Below are positions 12,331 to 25,824 of a stretch of DNA of 64,000 bases, one piece after another (positions within the stretch are counted from its first letter, which is position 1; each line of letters opens with the position of its first letter). A model generated the notes under the pieces. It was given only the letters and a program-made list of their open reading frames with translations, did no database searches and was not told the DNA's origin. Both the position numbers and the translations under genes were made by a program. Location of the stretch: assembly GCF_008831285.2 (NCBI RefSeq), contig NC_045138.2:34968001-35032000 (forward strand). The letters run 5' to 3'. Source of the stretch: Nymphaea colorata. Taxonomy: Eukaryota.

Positions 12331-13489
12331 GGGGGCCTGGGCTGCATCTCCTGGCTCAATTTTATATTGAAATGAAGAATTTTTGCTATAAATTCATGAG
12401 AAAATTACATATATGTGCAGAAATTAGATTGCTTGCAGCAACCTGACAAGTTTCTAGTAATCAATTAGTCTGTCTTTTACCTGAATTTGTGATCTCAGTT
12501 CTGCTAGTGTATGCATGAGACAACTTAAGTCAGAGTCATGTACACTTAAAGCAGTCTTTCAAATTTGTTGATATTCAGTTGCCGTTTACCATAGTCCAAT
12601 TAGTTTAGAGAGTACAGACTCTATAATTAAAGCGTTTATCAGTTTACCTTAGAGCTCTTACATTTTTTTCCAAGTCTCATTCATTTGTTTACAAGTTGGT
12701 GATCAAAAGAAACTTTTGAAGAAATTAAAGGGCGGATGCATCCAGAGAATCTTGCATTTTTGGTCTATCTTCGTACATGTTTGGCGTCTAGAGAATTGTG
12801 CATTTTTGAGTCCGTTTTAGTATCTGTTTGTTCCCCATATTTGATAAGGACTTGCCACTTATTGGAAAATTTAAAATTTGGTGTATGGTTTTCTCTGGTT
12901 TTTATCAAGAATATCATTTTAAAGAGATTTAACATAAAAACCACACCAAATTTTTGTCGACATTGCCAGGGGGGCATGGAGAAAACCTTGTAGCCATTGG
13001 TGGAAATCTTTGTACACTTTGTACTATTGCCTGCTTTGTTGATTTGGTTTTTCCTTTTTCGTTTGTTTTTGTGTGAGTGTGGGTGAGAGAGATTTTATAT
13101 CTGGTAGTTAATAAGCATAGGGTTCAACTTAGTTAATGAATGTAGGATTATTTCTTCATTTTCTTGGTGTGTTTTTATTCCAACTTTTTTTGGCTTAGCT
13201 TAAAGTGCAAGAAGGAGTGATTAGACAGGTATTTTCAAGTGGATTGCCACTGGCCTTTTATCAGTTTCCAGATATCCTTTCCTTGTTCTGCATGGGTTCT
13301 TGCAGTTGCACCGGCCATTAAATTTTCGGAGTTGAGATTAGGATCTAGACAACAAGGCACAAGAAAATCCTTGAGCATTAGGGATACCTTGCCATTTTAT
13401 GTGCTTTTCTGAAAAGCATTACTCAGTAACCCTATTATAGTTGTACTGCTCTTCCTCAGGTTAATAGATTTGGGTTTTCGGTTAATCCA

Positions 13490-13681
13490 CAATGCATATG
13501 TCACACTTTCCTTTCACCAATGATATCTGCTCAATTGTTCCTTGAAGACTGAGCTTTCAAAGTTCAAATATAAGCTAAGCTGTTCTTATATGTCACGCTT
13601 TCCTTTCACCAATGATTTCTGCTCAATTGTTCCTTGAAGACTGGGTTTCAAAGTTCAAATATAAGCTAAGCTGTTCTTATA
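13490..13681 (+). repeat. ~92-bp tandem duplication specific to copy B
   Basis: atatgtcac.ctttcctttcaccaatgat.tctgctcaattgttccttgaagactg...aagctaagctgttcttatat occurs twice. Confidence 0.9.
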
Positions 13682-14924
13682 TGGTGCAGGTTGCTTATCC
13701 TATTCATCTACTTCCACACCGTGTTTGGTCTGCTGCTTTGGCAGATCTGAAACACGCTCCCCCCTCAAATAGCTTCAGTTTCAGTGCTAATAGACTTAAT
13801 GATTTCATGATTTCACATAGTCGAATACTAATAATGCTGACCCACAGGTGATCCTAATGCAGCCCAGCAAATTACCTTTATATCTTCACTTAGAATGTGA
13901 TGTAAAGGTTTGTTCAAAGTCTAAATAATTGGATCTCCAATGAGTAAAAGGATAAGGACAAGAAAGAGAGCAGTAGTAGGGGCATGGTGGTGTTCTACAA
14001 CTTATGGTGCTCTGTAGCAACATGGGCAAAATGTGATGGCTGATAAACTTGCAAACTTGCAGTAAATAGTTTGGCAGAAGGCTTGTCCCTGGGAAGGGTG
14101 AGTAAGCTGTTTCTCGGTGGCAAGGGAGACTTACTGGTCATTGGGATGCACATTGCCTAGTTGACTAAATCCATTGATGGTTGAAACCCGTGAAGAAGTC
14201 CATCGACCAGGTGACAGATTGTAGGGCGTCCTGTGAATGGAAGGTGAGTGGTTTATTATATCAGGATCAGTAGCATGGTTTTATTTTGAAATAATAGATT
14301 TGATGTTCAGTTGCACCTCCAGCATGACTTTTTTATTTTTTGCTGTATTATAGCAGAGTGCCTAGTAAAGAATGCTTGTGACACAGGACTATGGACATGC
14401 CTTGGAATGCCCAATTTAACCAATAGGCATACATACATCATGAATATCCAAGCATGCATACATTATGAATCCCCAAATTATGCTGGAGGTTTGTACAGGC
14501 AGCTAAGCCACAGTTGTGGTTGGCCTTTTCAACGGGACAGAGTTAGGAGTCTTTTTCGGAAATTCTTTGGTGTTGCTTATGACAAAAGAAGCTGCTGGGC
14601 GTTTAATTGTCAAAGTGTTTGGCATTGGGTATAAAATTGGATGGGATCCCCAAGAGACTGATCTAGTAGTGCAAGGGAGAACCCTAATTGGCGATTAGAC
14701 TGGTATCATAGCATACCAGGGCAGTGTTGATCGATTCCAGCCGAAAGGTAGCCGGATGTCTCAGTTGATCATCCACGTGCCGCTTCAGCCATAATGTGAA
14801 ATTCCTCATGGCTATTTGCTACTGCAAATTGGGACTGAGCTGTATGGCCATGCCCTCCGAGTTTTGGGCTATGACTCCGGTGGCAGCTCTTCCTCTTCCT
14901 CTGGCAGCTCTTCCTCTTCCTCGT

Positions 14925-15613
14925 TGAATTTCATCAGGTACGTCCCCTACAATTGTGGTTGTTCAATATTATAATCTAAGGGCCAAATCTAACCATTACA
15001 GCATCAATAGACTGCTACCACCTTGGTCAAGAGAGAAACTACTTAAACCATCTAATTTTCGGTTCTTCCAAATGCACTACAGAAAGGGAAACCCTTTGGC
15101 AAACTAAAATTCCCTGGCAGTTAGGCTCAGCTCCAAAGCTCCAAAGATCCAGCTAAGTGAAATACCTCCTTAGGCGTCTTTATGTAGGGTATGTTTTTTT
15201 CTCTATATCCCCCTGGGAGACTGTTGAACTTGTTCCTGTGACTAAGGTGCCTGAAGAATTAGGATGAGTAGGAGGGCGATGTACGTTGATTGAAAATTTA
15301 ACATGGCTCTACAATTGCCCACATCCTAAACCCACGAATGAGTATCATAAAAGAGAGACAGAGAGAGAGAGAGAAAGCACCTTCAACCATTCATCTATTC
15401 ATCTAGTGCCCGACTTCCAGTTCCTACCTCCAGCTTTGTTGTCCCGTTAGTTTTCTACAGAATAAACCAAAAAAAAAATTGCAAGACACTTCCTAGGCCC
15501 CTTGTCCACCAAAGGCATTCTTAAGAGCATGAATTGATCTCTTGAACCCATGAACAAAGCATACCTCTCAAAGGCTAACAACATCAAGCAAGTATGCATT
15601 GGTCCTTTTGAGA
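14925..15613 (-). repeat. Inverted copy of unit segment ~9842-10521
   Basis: tgaatttcatcaggtacgtcccctacaattgtggttgttcaatattataatctaag is the exact reverse complement of 10466-10521; the match continues with indels to aatgcattcctgcttgatgttg near 9855. Confidence 0.95.
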
Positions 15614-17602
15614 GGTTGTGCAGAGGAAGTCGCCAGTAAACAAACACAGGTTCCAATCTTTACTCACCGTGACCATAACATCAACACAGAACTATTGAAG
15701 TCATTCAATGGAGCAGGGGTTGCTTGCCAGGAAATGGGGAGGGGGAAGCAATTGCAAGATCTAAATCAATGTGTATGTAACCACCTCAGACACGAGGCAT
15801 TATGAGGGAGAGGGTTCATGTTTTGGCAGATGCCTTGGGACAGCCCATGCGAAAAGCCCCAGCGACAGCCCAAATCTGATGGGCAAAAGAACCTGCAATC
15901 AACTTGATAGAAGCAGAGATGTTTTGGTTCTGTTGGGGGTTAATCAAGGTTAATCAAGTAGTCAATGCACTGTGGGGGCCTGGACTGCATCTCCTGGCTC
16001 AATGGAAGGCTCTTCTCGTACAACAACCATTTTTCTTTACACGTTGAGGAGAAAGTGTTTTTTAGGCATTGGGTATAAAATTCTAGTAGTGCTTATATAT
16101 GGTCTAAGGACCACCACTAACCTTGAGAGTTTGGCCCTCTGGCGATGGATAACCCTAATCGGGGATTAGGAGTTCGAAGGGGGGACTCTTGTTAGGGGTG
16201 GCTGACACAAAGCCTTTCCAATAATTAGGTGTTTGGATTCACCTACCTAATATTGTTAGGTTTTTAACTTCACAATTTTGGATCAAAGGAAATTATCTTG
16301 AAATGTGCATTGGGTAACAACCAAGGTTTTCAAACCCAATGTGATAACTCGGATGAAGGCAATTTGAATTCCTACCATCTTTTTCGAGATTCAGCTGTTG
16401 TTTTGATTGCAAACAGTCCTCCCCCAACAAACTAACTTCATTCTATGTTGGCACTTGGAGAATCCGTCCATCCTATTCATTGCTAAGTTGACATATCCTG
16501 TTCAGGACAGTGCTTGCTTGCTGTCATCTGAATAGTTTGTTCAAGTAGGATTTTGGATTGTTTCTCTCGGTACTTTAAACTGGAGACTGAAGAATGGAAG
16601 TAAATTCCTTTCATTTGTGTTGTCAACATAAAGTAAGGTTTGACTGCACAGCATTCACGGGAGAAGCACAGCTGTTGTTTTCGCTTTGATTCGTCTCGGA
16701 CCAGCTCATCATAAAGGATGAGATAGAAAATTTGGTTCAAGAATTCCTTCAGTCATTCATTCGTAAAATGAAACCGTTTTCTTTGGTTTGGGAAATGAAC
16801 GTCATATGAAACGAGCTGCCACACCATACTTGATCTTTTGCGGTGATTAACTTCACCTCTGTACGGTATCTCCACCGGTGGTTGATGTCTATAGCGGTCA
16901 TGGCATTCACTGCTGTATGATTCAATCTAATCCATTGAATGTGATGGAATTGAACCAACTTCACTTAATTTCTCTCTAGAAATCAGTTTCCTATAATTAT
17001 TTTATAAACTTTTCTCTTCTCTTCTCTAAAAGGTCTCCTCAATTTGCTTCTAGTCTCGTCTCCCTATGAATGAATCCAATCATATAAACGACACAAGTTC
17101 ATGCATCCATTTAATGTGACACAATTTTGATGAGGTATGAGATGCCTTTCATCACATTCATTGATTTTACACGCACGAAATTTCATACAAAGCGAATAAA
17201 GATCGGTGAACTTGGACGCACACAAAGGCTCTTGCATTTCTGGCAAAAGCGCATCTATCAAATTGACAAGACAATGCAAGTTTCAAATTTTGATTAGGCA
17301 ACCCCCTGAGAAGGCACGGTGGGGCAAAGAATGAGAAGAAAATCAAAGGGATGTCATAGAATAAATGAAAACAAAGAATCAGGTAGGAGTCCAGCTCATA
17401 ATTGTATAAAACTGGCCATGGAAGTAGAAACTAGTAGAGAATTTTGGAGAAATGCAAGCATTCCTTAGTTTCATTTGAAAGTCCATGATCACAGATAAGA
17501 ACAAGTAACGGAAACAAATAAACATTGCCATAAAATTATTGTAAAGCCAATTATAGTGTGCAATTTCATTTTGACAGCCAAACAGCAATTCCTCAAGACC
17601 TG

Positions 17603-17664
<62 letters not shown>

Positions 17665-18878
17665 GTTACATTAATCTAGAAAAAGATTTCCACATTCAAA
17701 TGCAAAATTTCTAAAATACAGCGCATGACAGCAAAACATGCTAATAGCAGGACAGGAAAATATAAACTTAACCCATTGAATGTAAAATCTGAAAATTATA
17801 ACTCACCTTAAAAACAAGCTTCTTTTGCCGCTGTTTTATGCCATTTCTTACATTAAAAAAAGCATTTTAAAATTATTTAAATTGAATAGTTATTTACTAT
17901 TTTGATGAGGAGCCTGTAACGATTGAATAAAATCTTGAAAAAAAAAATTCCCTGCCCATTAAGCATGAGATGAACAAAATGTTCTTTGGGGCAAATCGAA
18001 TTTCTTTTTTCCTGCCCATTAAGCGTGAGGTGAAGAAAATGTCCGTTGGAAAATATGAACGCGCTATGCATCATAATATCCGTTACGCATTGAAAATCGT
18101 GAGATCATTTGACTTTAAAGTTGGAAGAAGGCATACACATATTAATTTTACCATAGTAAAAATCACCCTTGATATTGACATGATCTTAATAAAAAAATCA
18201 CCATAAGATGAAGTAAGATAGATCGTTGGTGTAAATGTGAGTGATGAGGGGTGGTGAGGGATCTAGAATAACTCCAGAAGATCGAGACAGAAAACCAAAC
18301 CTGTGTTTATGCGCAAAGCAAAATGTGAGCTTTAAATGAGGAAGAGGATTGATCAAGAAAAGCAATTCCTATAACAAAAAGAAAGAGCGTGGAGACTGAA
18401 ATAAGCAGATGTTGGGTAACATGGATTCTGCATTCCTTGAGTAACTAATTGCTTTCCATGTAGTCTGCTGGAGGCTACAGTTGTGGAGAAATGAAACCAT
18501 TCATATATATTGCAATAATAGTCTAATTAATGGAATATTACGATCAGCAGTTACTCTCGAATTGAAGGGAGTATTCCTAAGTTCACTCAGATTCCGAACC
18601 AATGCAAGACTATGGGGGCAAGAGAAAGAGGGCAGGGCTGCAGCCCTTTCATGCATTTCCCCCTTATGAGGAAATATGCTCCATTCAAATACTTTTATTT
18701 GACCACCAATTTAACCTTGAGAACTGAATAATCATAGCAGTAATTGGGCGTATTAGATGAACTGATTTTTTTTTTTTTGAATGTTATGGAGTTCTTAGTG
18801 GCATGGGAGCCGTCAACTATTGGAGAAATCATCATGAGTGGATGGTTTATGTTCTCCATTATGGAAGCTTAAGCCTGT

Positions 18879-18916
<38 letters not shown>

Positions 18917-20111
18917 TATAGTTTTTTAAGTAAAACATATCGATTGCCTCTCTCCAAGGGTGGTGAAAGCAGGTGTAAGCAACGTGTGGGACATCTGCAA
19001 ACGTAGACCCACAAACAGTACATACTTTTATATAAGTGGTAAAGTAACTGGCTCTCAATAGGCAGCTGGCTTCGACGTTAGCAATAAGTGGTAAAGTAAG
19101 GTCCATTTAAGCTGCAAAGCGTTGTTTGATTGTACAAATAATCACCTTATATTTTTAAAAGAGAGTGAATTTTTTTCTCTCAGTAAGTGTCCAACCATTC
19201 CTTTAGCTTTTCAGTAAGAGTGTAAACAGGGCAACATTTTCTCCCTCAAAAAGAATTTTCGAATGTGTTATGCAAACTCTTCAAGGATTCGCAGCTTGCA
19301 GGCCTTGGTTTTAGCTTTTTTATTACCTCGTTGGTACTGTTCCTCAAAATTTTTCTGCGCTCTCTCGTCTCATATCACCTAATAAATAAAGGTAGCAGCA
19401 AGAAAACTGAGTATGAGGATTGCATGCATGGAAGGGAAGATGTGTCTGTAGACTCTGTACCGTCATCCCTTTTATGCATCTGTATTTGTAGATAAGATTC
19501 CAAAGCAAGAATGCACCCGTGGATGAAATTACACACTTGAAAGAGGGTAGCAAGAGCTGAATGAGCTCAATTAGAGCACGTCATCAAAATAATTAGTTTA
19601 TCTTGCTCATGAGTGTTGATGCTTACTGCTACTGCATCTTATTGATGTCTTCTGAGTGGGATTCTCTCATAGGATTCAAAAAAATTGAGACACTGTCATG
19701 CTTGCTAAGAATGCAGAACAGATTGTCGTTTGGCATCCAGTTTATACTTTATATAACTGGAACAAACTTCTTGAATATACATGGCTGCATTTAGATATTC
19801 ATGTATAATGAATGTGACTTTCTGCTGTGTATAGATTATAGGCCATAGTAGGAGGAGCCATAATAAGAGAAGCTTGGCTTGGGATTCTTGTCTTTTGTGA
19901 GCCAGTTTTTCTTATGACTCTATACAATTGGCTATCATTCTTATATTGAAATTTTCTCTATTTCATGCCTGTTGTGGCTCTTTACATAAGTTGGCCATTG
20001 TATGCCAACATTCTGTCTCTTTGCATCATCTCACCAGCTAAAGAATGGAGTCCCTTAAACAATTAGTGGTCTCTTGCATGTCTGTTTCTCATCGCTCTTG
20101 TATTTGTCATC

Positions 20112-21950
20112 TTGGACAATGTTTCTGCGGGTATGACTGAATGGAAGAGTCTTTTGAACAATTACTGGACACGGTTTAGCAAGTACTGTGACCATGTGAC
20201 CAAAGTTGATATTCGACAGGTATCCCTTGTTTCCAAATTGCTAATGAATTGCAGGAGATAATCTTTTTTAGGCTGTTGCTTATAAAATTATTTTTCTATT
20301 TGAATCTTTGTAAAACTCATATTAGGCATTTCAGCTAGTTGTATGGTATGAAAATCCCTAAGCAGCGCAAAGGTGCAAGTTGTAATTACCTCTGCTTCTT
20401 GCTCTTCTCTTACTGGCCACTCTTCTTGCAGGTGGAACAGATGTTGGGAGAGACTTTTAAGGATCAATTATTCTCTTCTCTACTTATTAAACACAGAACT
20501 TGTCCTAGGTACTTATGCTGGTGTACACTTCTTCTTTTTTTTTTGGGTTCAACTAGTACCCTATTGCACACTTATATGGCTTCAGATATAATTTCCTGCA
20601 CCTAATTTCTACCAAGCTTTCATGAATGACCAAAGATGAGCAGAGGGAGATTTGATACTAACATATTAACCTATTGAGTTATGAGTTTGATGGATGGGCT
20701 AATGCATTCAATCTTGCTTTTTCTTTTGGGGTGCTCAAGGAGGCCAATGCATGTACAAGGAAACGAATGGACATAAAAACACTTTCATATTTGTTGATAT
20801 GGTAAATATTATTAAGCTATTTGCAAAATTTGCTTGAGAAGTTTTCGACCAGAGCTAAGGAACTTTGTGTGTGACCAAGTTAAACATGAAAGGACAGAGA
20901 ATTAGAAAAGAGCAAGGTACTCAAGAACTGATATAATATGCACAAAAGTTTGTTTATAATGAAAAGTGCTGTCATATAAAATGACACTAGTGTGGCTGTG
21001 TTTTTCTTGTCACACAGACACAGGACTGTGTGCAGAAAATGATCTCGGATGTATTGATGATTCAGGGCTCCTGTCTCTCTCTCTCTCTCTCTCCATCTTT
21101 AAGTGAATCACAAAGTAAAAGAAAAAAATATATGTAAAAATTGTAGCTTACAGCATTTGCTTACCTGGTAATAACAATTATCCTCCTCCGCGTTTGAGAG
21201 ATTGAGTTATCAGCATATGCAGCAACTCATCAAAATATCCGAGCAAAATCATATTTCTAGCTTTTGAAAAAATAAAGGAAAATTTAGTGGTGAGTTTTTT
21301 TAGAAAAATTACTCCTGCTTTTTCTCTTGCAGATTTTACATGTAAAACTAGTTATTCTTTATTTCATATTAGTCCAATGTAACAACCAAGATTTTATTTT
21401 TTGTCCATTTTATCCTAGACCAGCAGTTGTTGCCTGCAAGTAGTCTTTGAATCCCTATTTTTGTTCATGAGCTATAGTTTGATGTAGTACAACTCTCCCT
21501 CTCCCCCACACACCTACATGTTACTGTGCATCTGTTTGGCCTTGTCATAGCAGCTAGTGAAAACTGTAAAAGTACAATGCTATCTGTGCTACCGAACACT
21601 GTTCAGCAATCTAGTCAAGCTAATCAATATGCGATGTCCTTCGTAGGTACATTGCTAAAACAGTTATTGGTGATGAAGATGATGATGTGGTTGATAAACC
21701 AGACTCGTGCTTCCAACCAAAGTTAATAGGTTTGCACCCAACCTCTAATGAAAAGGTTGGTATTTCATGTTGGTGCCTCGGATTCTGACAAATGAAATCC
21801 ATGGGAAGTTCATTTTCTTTGTGCCTGTTGTTTGTCATGCATATTGTTTTCTCTTCGCAGATTTTGTTGAAAAATTGACCATATGGGTTTTATATCCAAC
21901 TTGGTGAGGATAGAAAAGGCTATTCACCAAAAAGAGCTAGCGCATGTAAA
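20112..21950 (+). pseudogene. Intron-containing fragment of a type IA DNA topoisomerase I gene (plant, bacterial TopA-like), disabled
   Basis: Exons ~20112-20219 LDNVSAGMTEWKSLLNNYWTRFSKYCDHVTKVDIRQ|gt; 20432-20508 ag|VEQMLGETFKDQLFSSLLIKHRTCP|gt; 21647-21755 ag|YIAKTVIGDEDDDVVDKPDSCFQPKLIGLHPTSNEK|gt; 21861-~21950 ag|ILLKN*PYGFYIQLGEDRKGYSPKRAS. The GPYG.Y.QLG motif of the TopA C-terminal repeat carries a GGA>TGA stop; one expected internal exon was not found; no start or end of the gene. Confidence 0.9.
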
Positions 21951-22224
21951 AGTCATTGTAATCAAATTTTGTTTGTTTTGTTCAGACTTTCATTCAAAGT
22001 TTACATCAAATGTGCGTGATACATATGTGACTTGGGTTCATACTTCATATGTATATATATGTGTGTATGTATTTTTATATTTTCAATTTTAAGTTTTGTA
22101 TGTTTCCAGTTCAGTTGGTTATCTCCAATGACTCCTTTTGGAGCCGTTGGACCTAATCCAACTGCTAGTTTTGTTCTATCTTCTATTTTTTCCCTGTTTA
22201 TTCCTTAATTATTCGATTGTTTAT

Positions 22225-23699
22225 AATGTATATGTAGGTGTTGTTTCTGAGATTGTAAGAAAGTTGTTTTCCACAACTTTTTGTGCAATTCAATAATATT
22301 TTTTCGTTCTCTATTTTCTTGGTCACTTGGACTTAGTGCTTGTCATTGAGATTCGCCGTGGGTTTACATATGTGACTGTCGCCAGCCACATTTTTATGGT
22401 ATCAAAGCTCTGGTTTGGGCTTTGATTTGCTGATTGTGATTACAACTTTTTTACTAGTTCATGATTATGGTGTTCACCAACTATTTGGTGTAATTATTAA
22501 ATCTACAAGTTGTCGATTTCTTGAGGAAAGATAGCCGCTGCCCTTGCATGGAGAGACTATTATCGTGCTGATTTGCTGACTGCGCACCTATTGAAGCGAG
22601 GTTGGTGATTGGTGGCCAACATGCTCACCAATTGTTCATCAGTGTGAATCTAGGTTCAGCTAGAAATACGATTCTTCTGCTGGAGGAGTGCTGAAAATAG
22701 CTGCATCTAAGTGCTGGTGCTGCTCTGTTCATTAGCAGCTTTACATTTGGTATGCATCCCAATTGTTCGATGAAATTGTTGTGCATGCTGAACAAGACTG
22801 TTCTAGTTGATTTACAAGAAAGATCTGACCCTAGTGGCCCGTTATTCAAAATCAGTTGTCCCTTTTATCTCATGAGCCCCTTTTTTGCCAAAACAAGTTG
22901 CCAGTATTTCAAAGCTAGTATGCCCTCAAATCAGTTGTCCAATTCAATATTTCTATCTGACATGAGGTGAATTCATCGAAGTTTGCTTTCCTTAAAGGTC
23001 AAGCTTTTCTGCAATCCAAACCTAGTAGTTTGTTTGGGAAAGTAGATGCGCTTAACCCAATCATTTTCAAAACTTCCAATCGAGGACTTGACATTTATGG
23101 GAACTTGTTACCTTTAAACTAACCTCTTGTGTAGAAGGCCCTACCTTTACAGGGGAGTTGAAAGTTTGTTGTCCCACTTCCAGGTGATATATCATTTGAT
23201 GTCAAGAACTTTTTTTAAAAGAGGAAAATTTTAACTTTTGCTTAAAAAACATTTTGAAAAGGTCTTCTCAACCAATGATAGGCCTTCATTTTATTCTCAG
23301 TACCTTCTCGAGTAAAAGGAGAAAGTTTCAAGGTTTTGTTGTCGATCATTAGAAGAGAAAGTTTGGAAAAGTCCTGGATATGTGCAGTGAGGAAAATTTT
23401 ATGAAGCTAAGAAATTCAATACTAGACTCTAGTGACCAAACGTCTGCAAGGATTTAGCAAGTAAATATCCTAAGAGAGAAGTCATAATGCCTATAAAATC
23501 TTGGTAGATAGCAAAATGAGAGTTGAGAGATGGGCTCGGGGCTTGTGTAGTCATTTCTTTGGGTCAGTAATCAAGAGTACCGGGTGAACATATAGGTGAT
23601 TTATGTCTATACCGCGAAGATGATGACTTATGAACTTTTTGGCATGTTGAAAACCTGTAAGGTGAAGCGGGTCTGGATACATGACAAAAATACATCACC
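22225..23699 (+). mobile_element. Diverged copy of the LTR-end/PBS remnant found in the tandem unit
   Basis: Collinear with ~5295-6357 (e.g. gcaaaatgagagttgagagatgggctcggggcttgtgt and ggtgatttatgtctataccgcgaagatga identical), with ~480 bp extra at 22517-23000. Confidence 0.85.
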
Positions 23700-23880
23700 G
23701 CTGTAGAGTCACCGGTATAGATCTATAGAGTGAAAAGCGGTACCGGCGACTGTTATCACCGGTGGAAGTCATTTATACCGGTGACCATACTTACCGCTAT
23801 TTCACTATACAGGCGATTGGTACCACCGGTGGAAGCATGTGTCCTACCGGTGATACAAATCACCGCTGTAGCTAGGTATA
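23692..23880. mobile_element. CACTA-like subterminal repeat patch at the left inversion breakpoint
   Basis: About ten atcaccgctgta / tcaccggt / taccggtga motifs in 190 bp, in both orientations. Confidence 0.65.
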
Positions 23881-24000
23881 CGAGTGAGTAAATCGACAAA
23901 AAAGAGTAAAACTGTGGTGCTCTACACCATTTAAAAATTCTTTTTTTTTGCTGGTTTTGGTTTCTCCCCTCAATTGGGACAAATTAATATATCCCCTAAC

Positions 24001-24813
24001 CCTGCATATATAACAACTTTGAATGTATCTCCACTCCCAGTTCTACGATATGTGGCCGTACAGTAAGGGAGATGCAATGGAAGGACTGTTCTAATGAAAA
24101 AGGAAGAGGACTTCAAAGTGACATTTAAGCTGACTCGGCTGAGGATCTGAATATAAACAAAATTGAAGGAACTCATACAACAGCAATGTCATTTGCGTGC
24201 TCCCTCATTGGCATTGGCCGTTGCACTGGCAAGTGCATAGCCAATTGCAGGGTCAAAGGCGTTATTGGCGCTGGAGGTATAACTTTAGACATTGTGGCAG
24301 AATGCAAGGCCTCCATTTTACAATGGGGTGTCAATTTTGCTGCACCTAAACACATACCAGAAATATGTGGCATGCAGCGCTTGTTGGGTAATAATTTACA
24401 TCATGCAGATAGGGAGTAATTTGAATTACGAAGTATCTATTTACATCACGCAGACAGAATAATAACTCTTTCAAACTTCAAGTTTCATGATACAACTAAT
24501 GCCTACTGAATAGACCTAAAGTTCTAGCCCTAATTTTTCAATTGTACTGTGTTTTCTATCCATCTTGACTGCAAACATTTTCACCTCAAGATAACAAAGA
24601 TCAAGCTTTAGACAGCTAACACAATCAGGCAAGCTGCAACACCTATATCTTTGCGTTTTTCAGCTTGTTTACCAGCCCTGAGCATATACCACTCTTTGCG
24701 GCTGATTCAGCTTATCACATCAAAAGGCGTAAACCATTGTCAAGAGTATTGTTCTAGTTATAACAGTAGAGGATTTTCTCAGTGGCAAAGTTGTTCTTTT
24801 CGAGAGAGCAAAT
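24001..24813 (-). pseudogene. Candidate three-exon fragment of an unidentified gene
   Basis: AG/GT-bounded blocks 24813-24673 (FALSKRTTLPLRKSSTVITRTILLTMVYAF*CDKLNQPQRVVYAQG), 24345-24179 (CSKIDTPL*NGGLAFCHNV*SYTSSANNAFDPAIGYALASA...) and 24090-24001 (TVLPLHLPYCTATYRRTGSGDTFKVVIYA). First junction is phase-compatible; several stops; family not recognised. Confidence 0.45.
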
Positions 24814-25054
24814 CTGAATAATTTTTTTAAAAAAAGAAAAATATTCTAAAAATTAAGTAAAAATAAAAATAAAATACAAAATAATGAATTTAACGTGCAA
24901 TCCATGATGATATTAACGTCAAAAAGAGAAACAAAAAACATGGGAAAAAAACAGGTTAAATTATTTTTTTAACATTAACATCATTTCTCTGGAAAAAACA
25001 TTGTATCTGTGAGAATGGAGTAAACTTCAACGCGTTTATCAATGGACAGCAACT

Positions 25055-25359
25055 CTCGTATGGGGCCGTATCGTACAATACGTATCGTCGCGTTTAAAAA
25101 ATGCGATACGATACAGCACTTGTATCGTACAACTACGATACAGGCACTGTATCGTATCGTATGATACGGTTACGATATGATACAGGTACGATACAGTAAT
25201 TTTTATTGATTTTTTATTATTTTTTGAGAATTTTTTATATTTTTTCTGATTATTATTTTTTTTAAATACGATACGGTTACGATACATTACAATATTTTAC
25301 GATACAGTGTATCTTAAAACCAAACCGATACGACTTACGATACGCTTTTTACAACATTG
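25055..25359. mobile_element. One end of a hAT/MITE-like element with (TACGATAC/GTATCGTA)n subterminal repeats
   Basis: Dense cgatac/gtatcg motifs in both orientations ending in gctttttacaacattg, the same terminus type as the neighbouring hAT element; matching left end and TSD not found. Confidence 0.65.
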
Positions 25360-25442
25360 CTCTGCACCACTAGGTTTGGGATAAAAGAAACTAACCTCAA
25401 GGCCATGAGAATTTTTGCATAAAGTGACATATGAATACTTAC

Positions 25443-25476
25443 CTGTGAACTCACAAATTTTGTCTATCGCTGCATT
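25443..25476 (-). pseudogene. PATROL1: 3' half of the same PATROL1 exon
   Basis: NAAIDKICEFT G|gtaag with a canonical donor; matches the NAAIDRICEFTG motif. Short, so less certain on its own. Confidence 0.65.
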
Positions 25477-25824
25477 AGAGCTGGGTTGAAGCTTCCTCTT
25501 GGTTAGTTTGTTTGTCTGGTTTGGATTTGTAATGTTGTTGGCATGTTTGGGAGATGTGTTGATGAGTTGTTGCATGTGGGGAATAGCTGATGCATATTTT
25601 TCCTTGGTTAATTTCTTCATGAAATTTCTGGATATCCGGTATCCTGTTGAGGAAAATAGCAGTACCATGTTTGCTTGTAATTGCTTCTAGATATTTTGGA
25701 CTTTCTCTCCTCACTGCATGTTATTACTGTACGACTGGAGCTGCATTTTTAGTATCTTGTCCTGAACTAGCTGGTGACAGCTTGGTTCAAAGACCTCCTT
25801 TGCTGGGTATGCTGCAGTTAAAGA

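Larger units (their letters stand above)
2669..12359 (+). repeat. Tandem-array unit, copy A (breaks off at ~12359)
   Basis: Collinear with copies C and D from gaaccaacttcac onward; spacing 302 to 11983 is 11681 bp; at 12360 the sequence jumps back to the equivalent of ~7277 (tttatattgaaatgaag). Confidence 0.95.
12360..18050 (+). repeat. Diverged, rearranged partial unit (copy B) lacking the GC-rich island
   Basis: 12360-14924 matches ~7277-11004 with indels; 14925-15613 is inverted; 15960-18050 matches ~630-3980 with many substitutions and stops just before the GC island. Confidence 0.9.

Noticed and set aside
22560..22700. Minus-strand IHTDEQLVSMLA resembling the copia RNase H end
   Set aside because: Single weak motif without supporting upstream motifs.
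25297..25668. 123-aa minus-strand ORF as a real gene
   Set aside because: Only the NAAIDKICEFTG part is recognisable; the frame runs through a splice donor into a transposon end.
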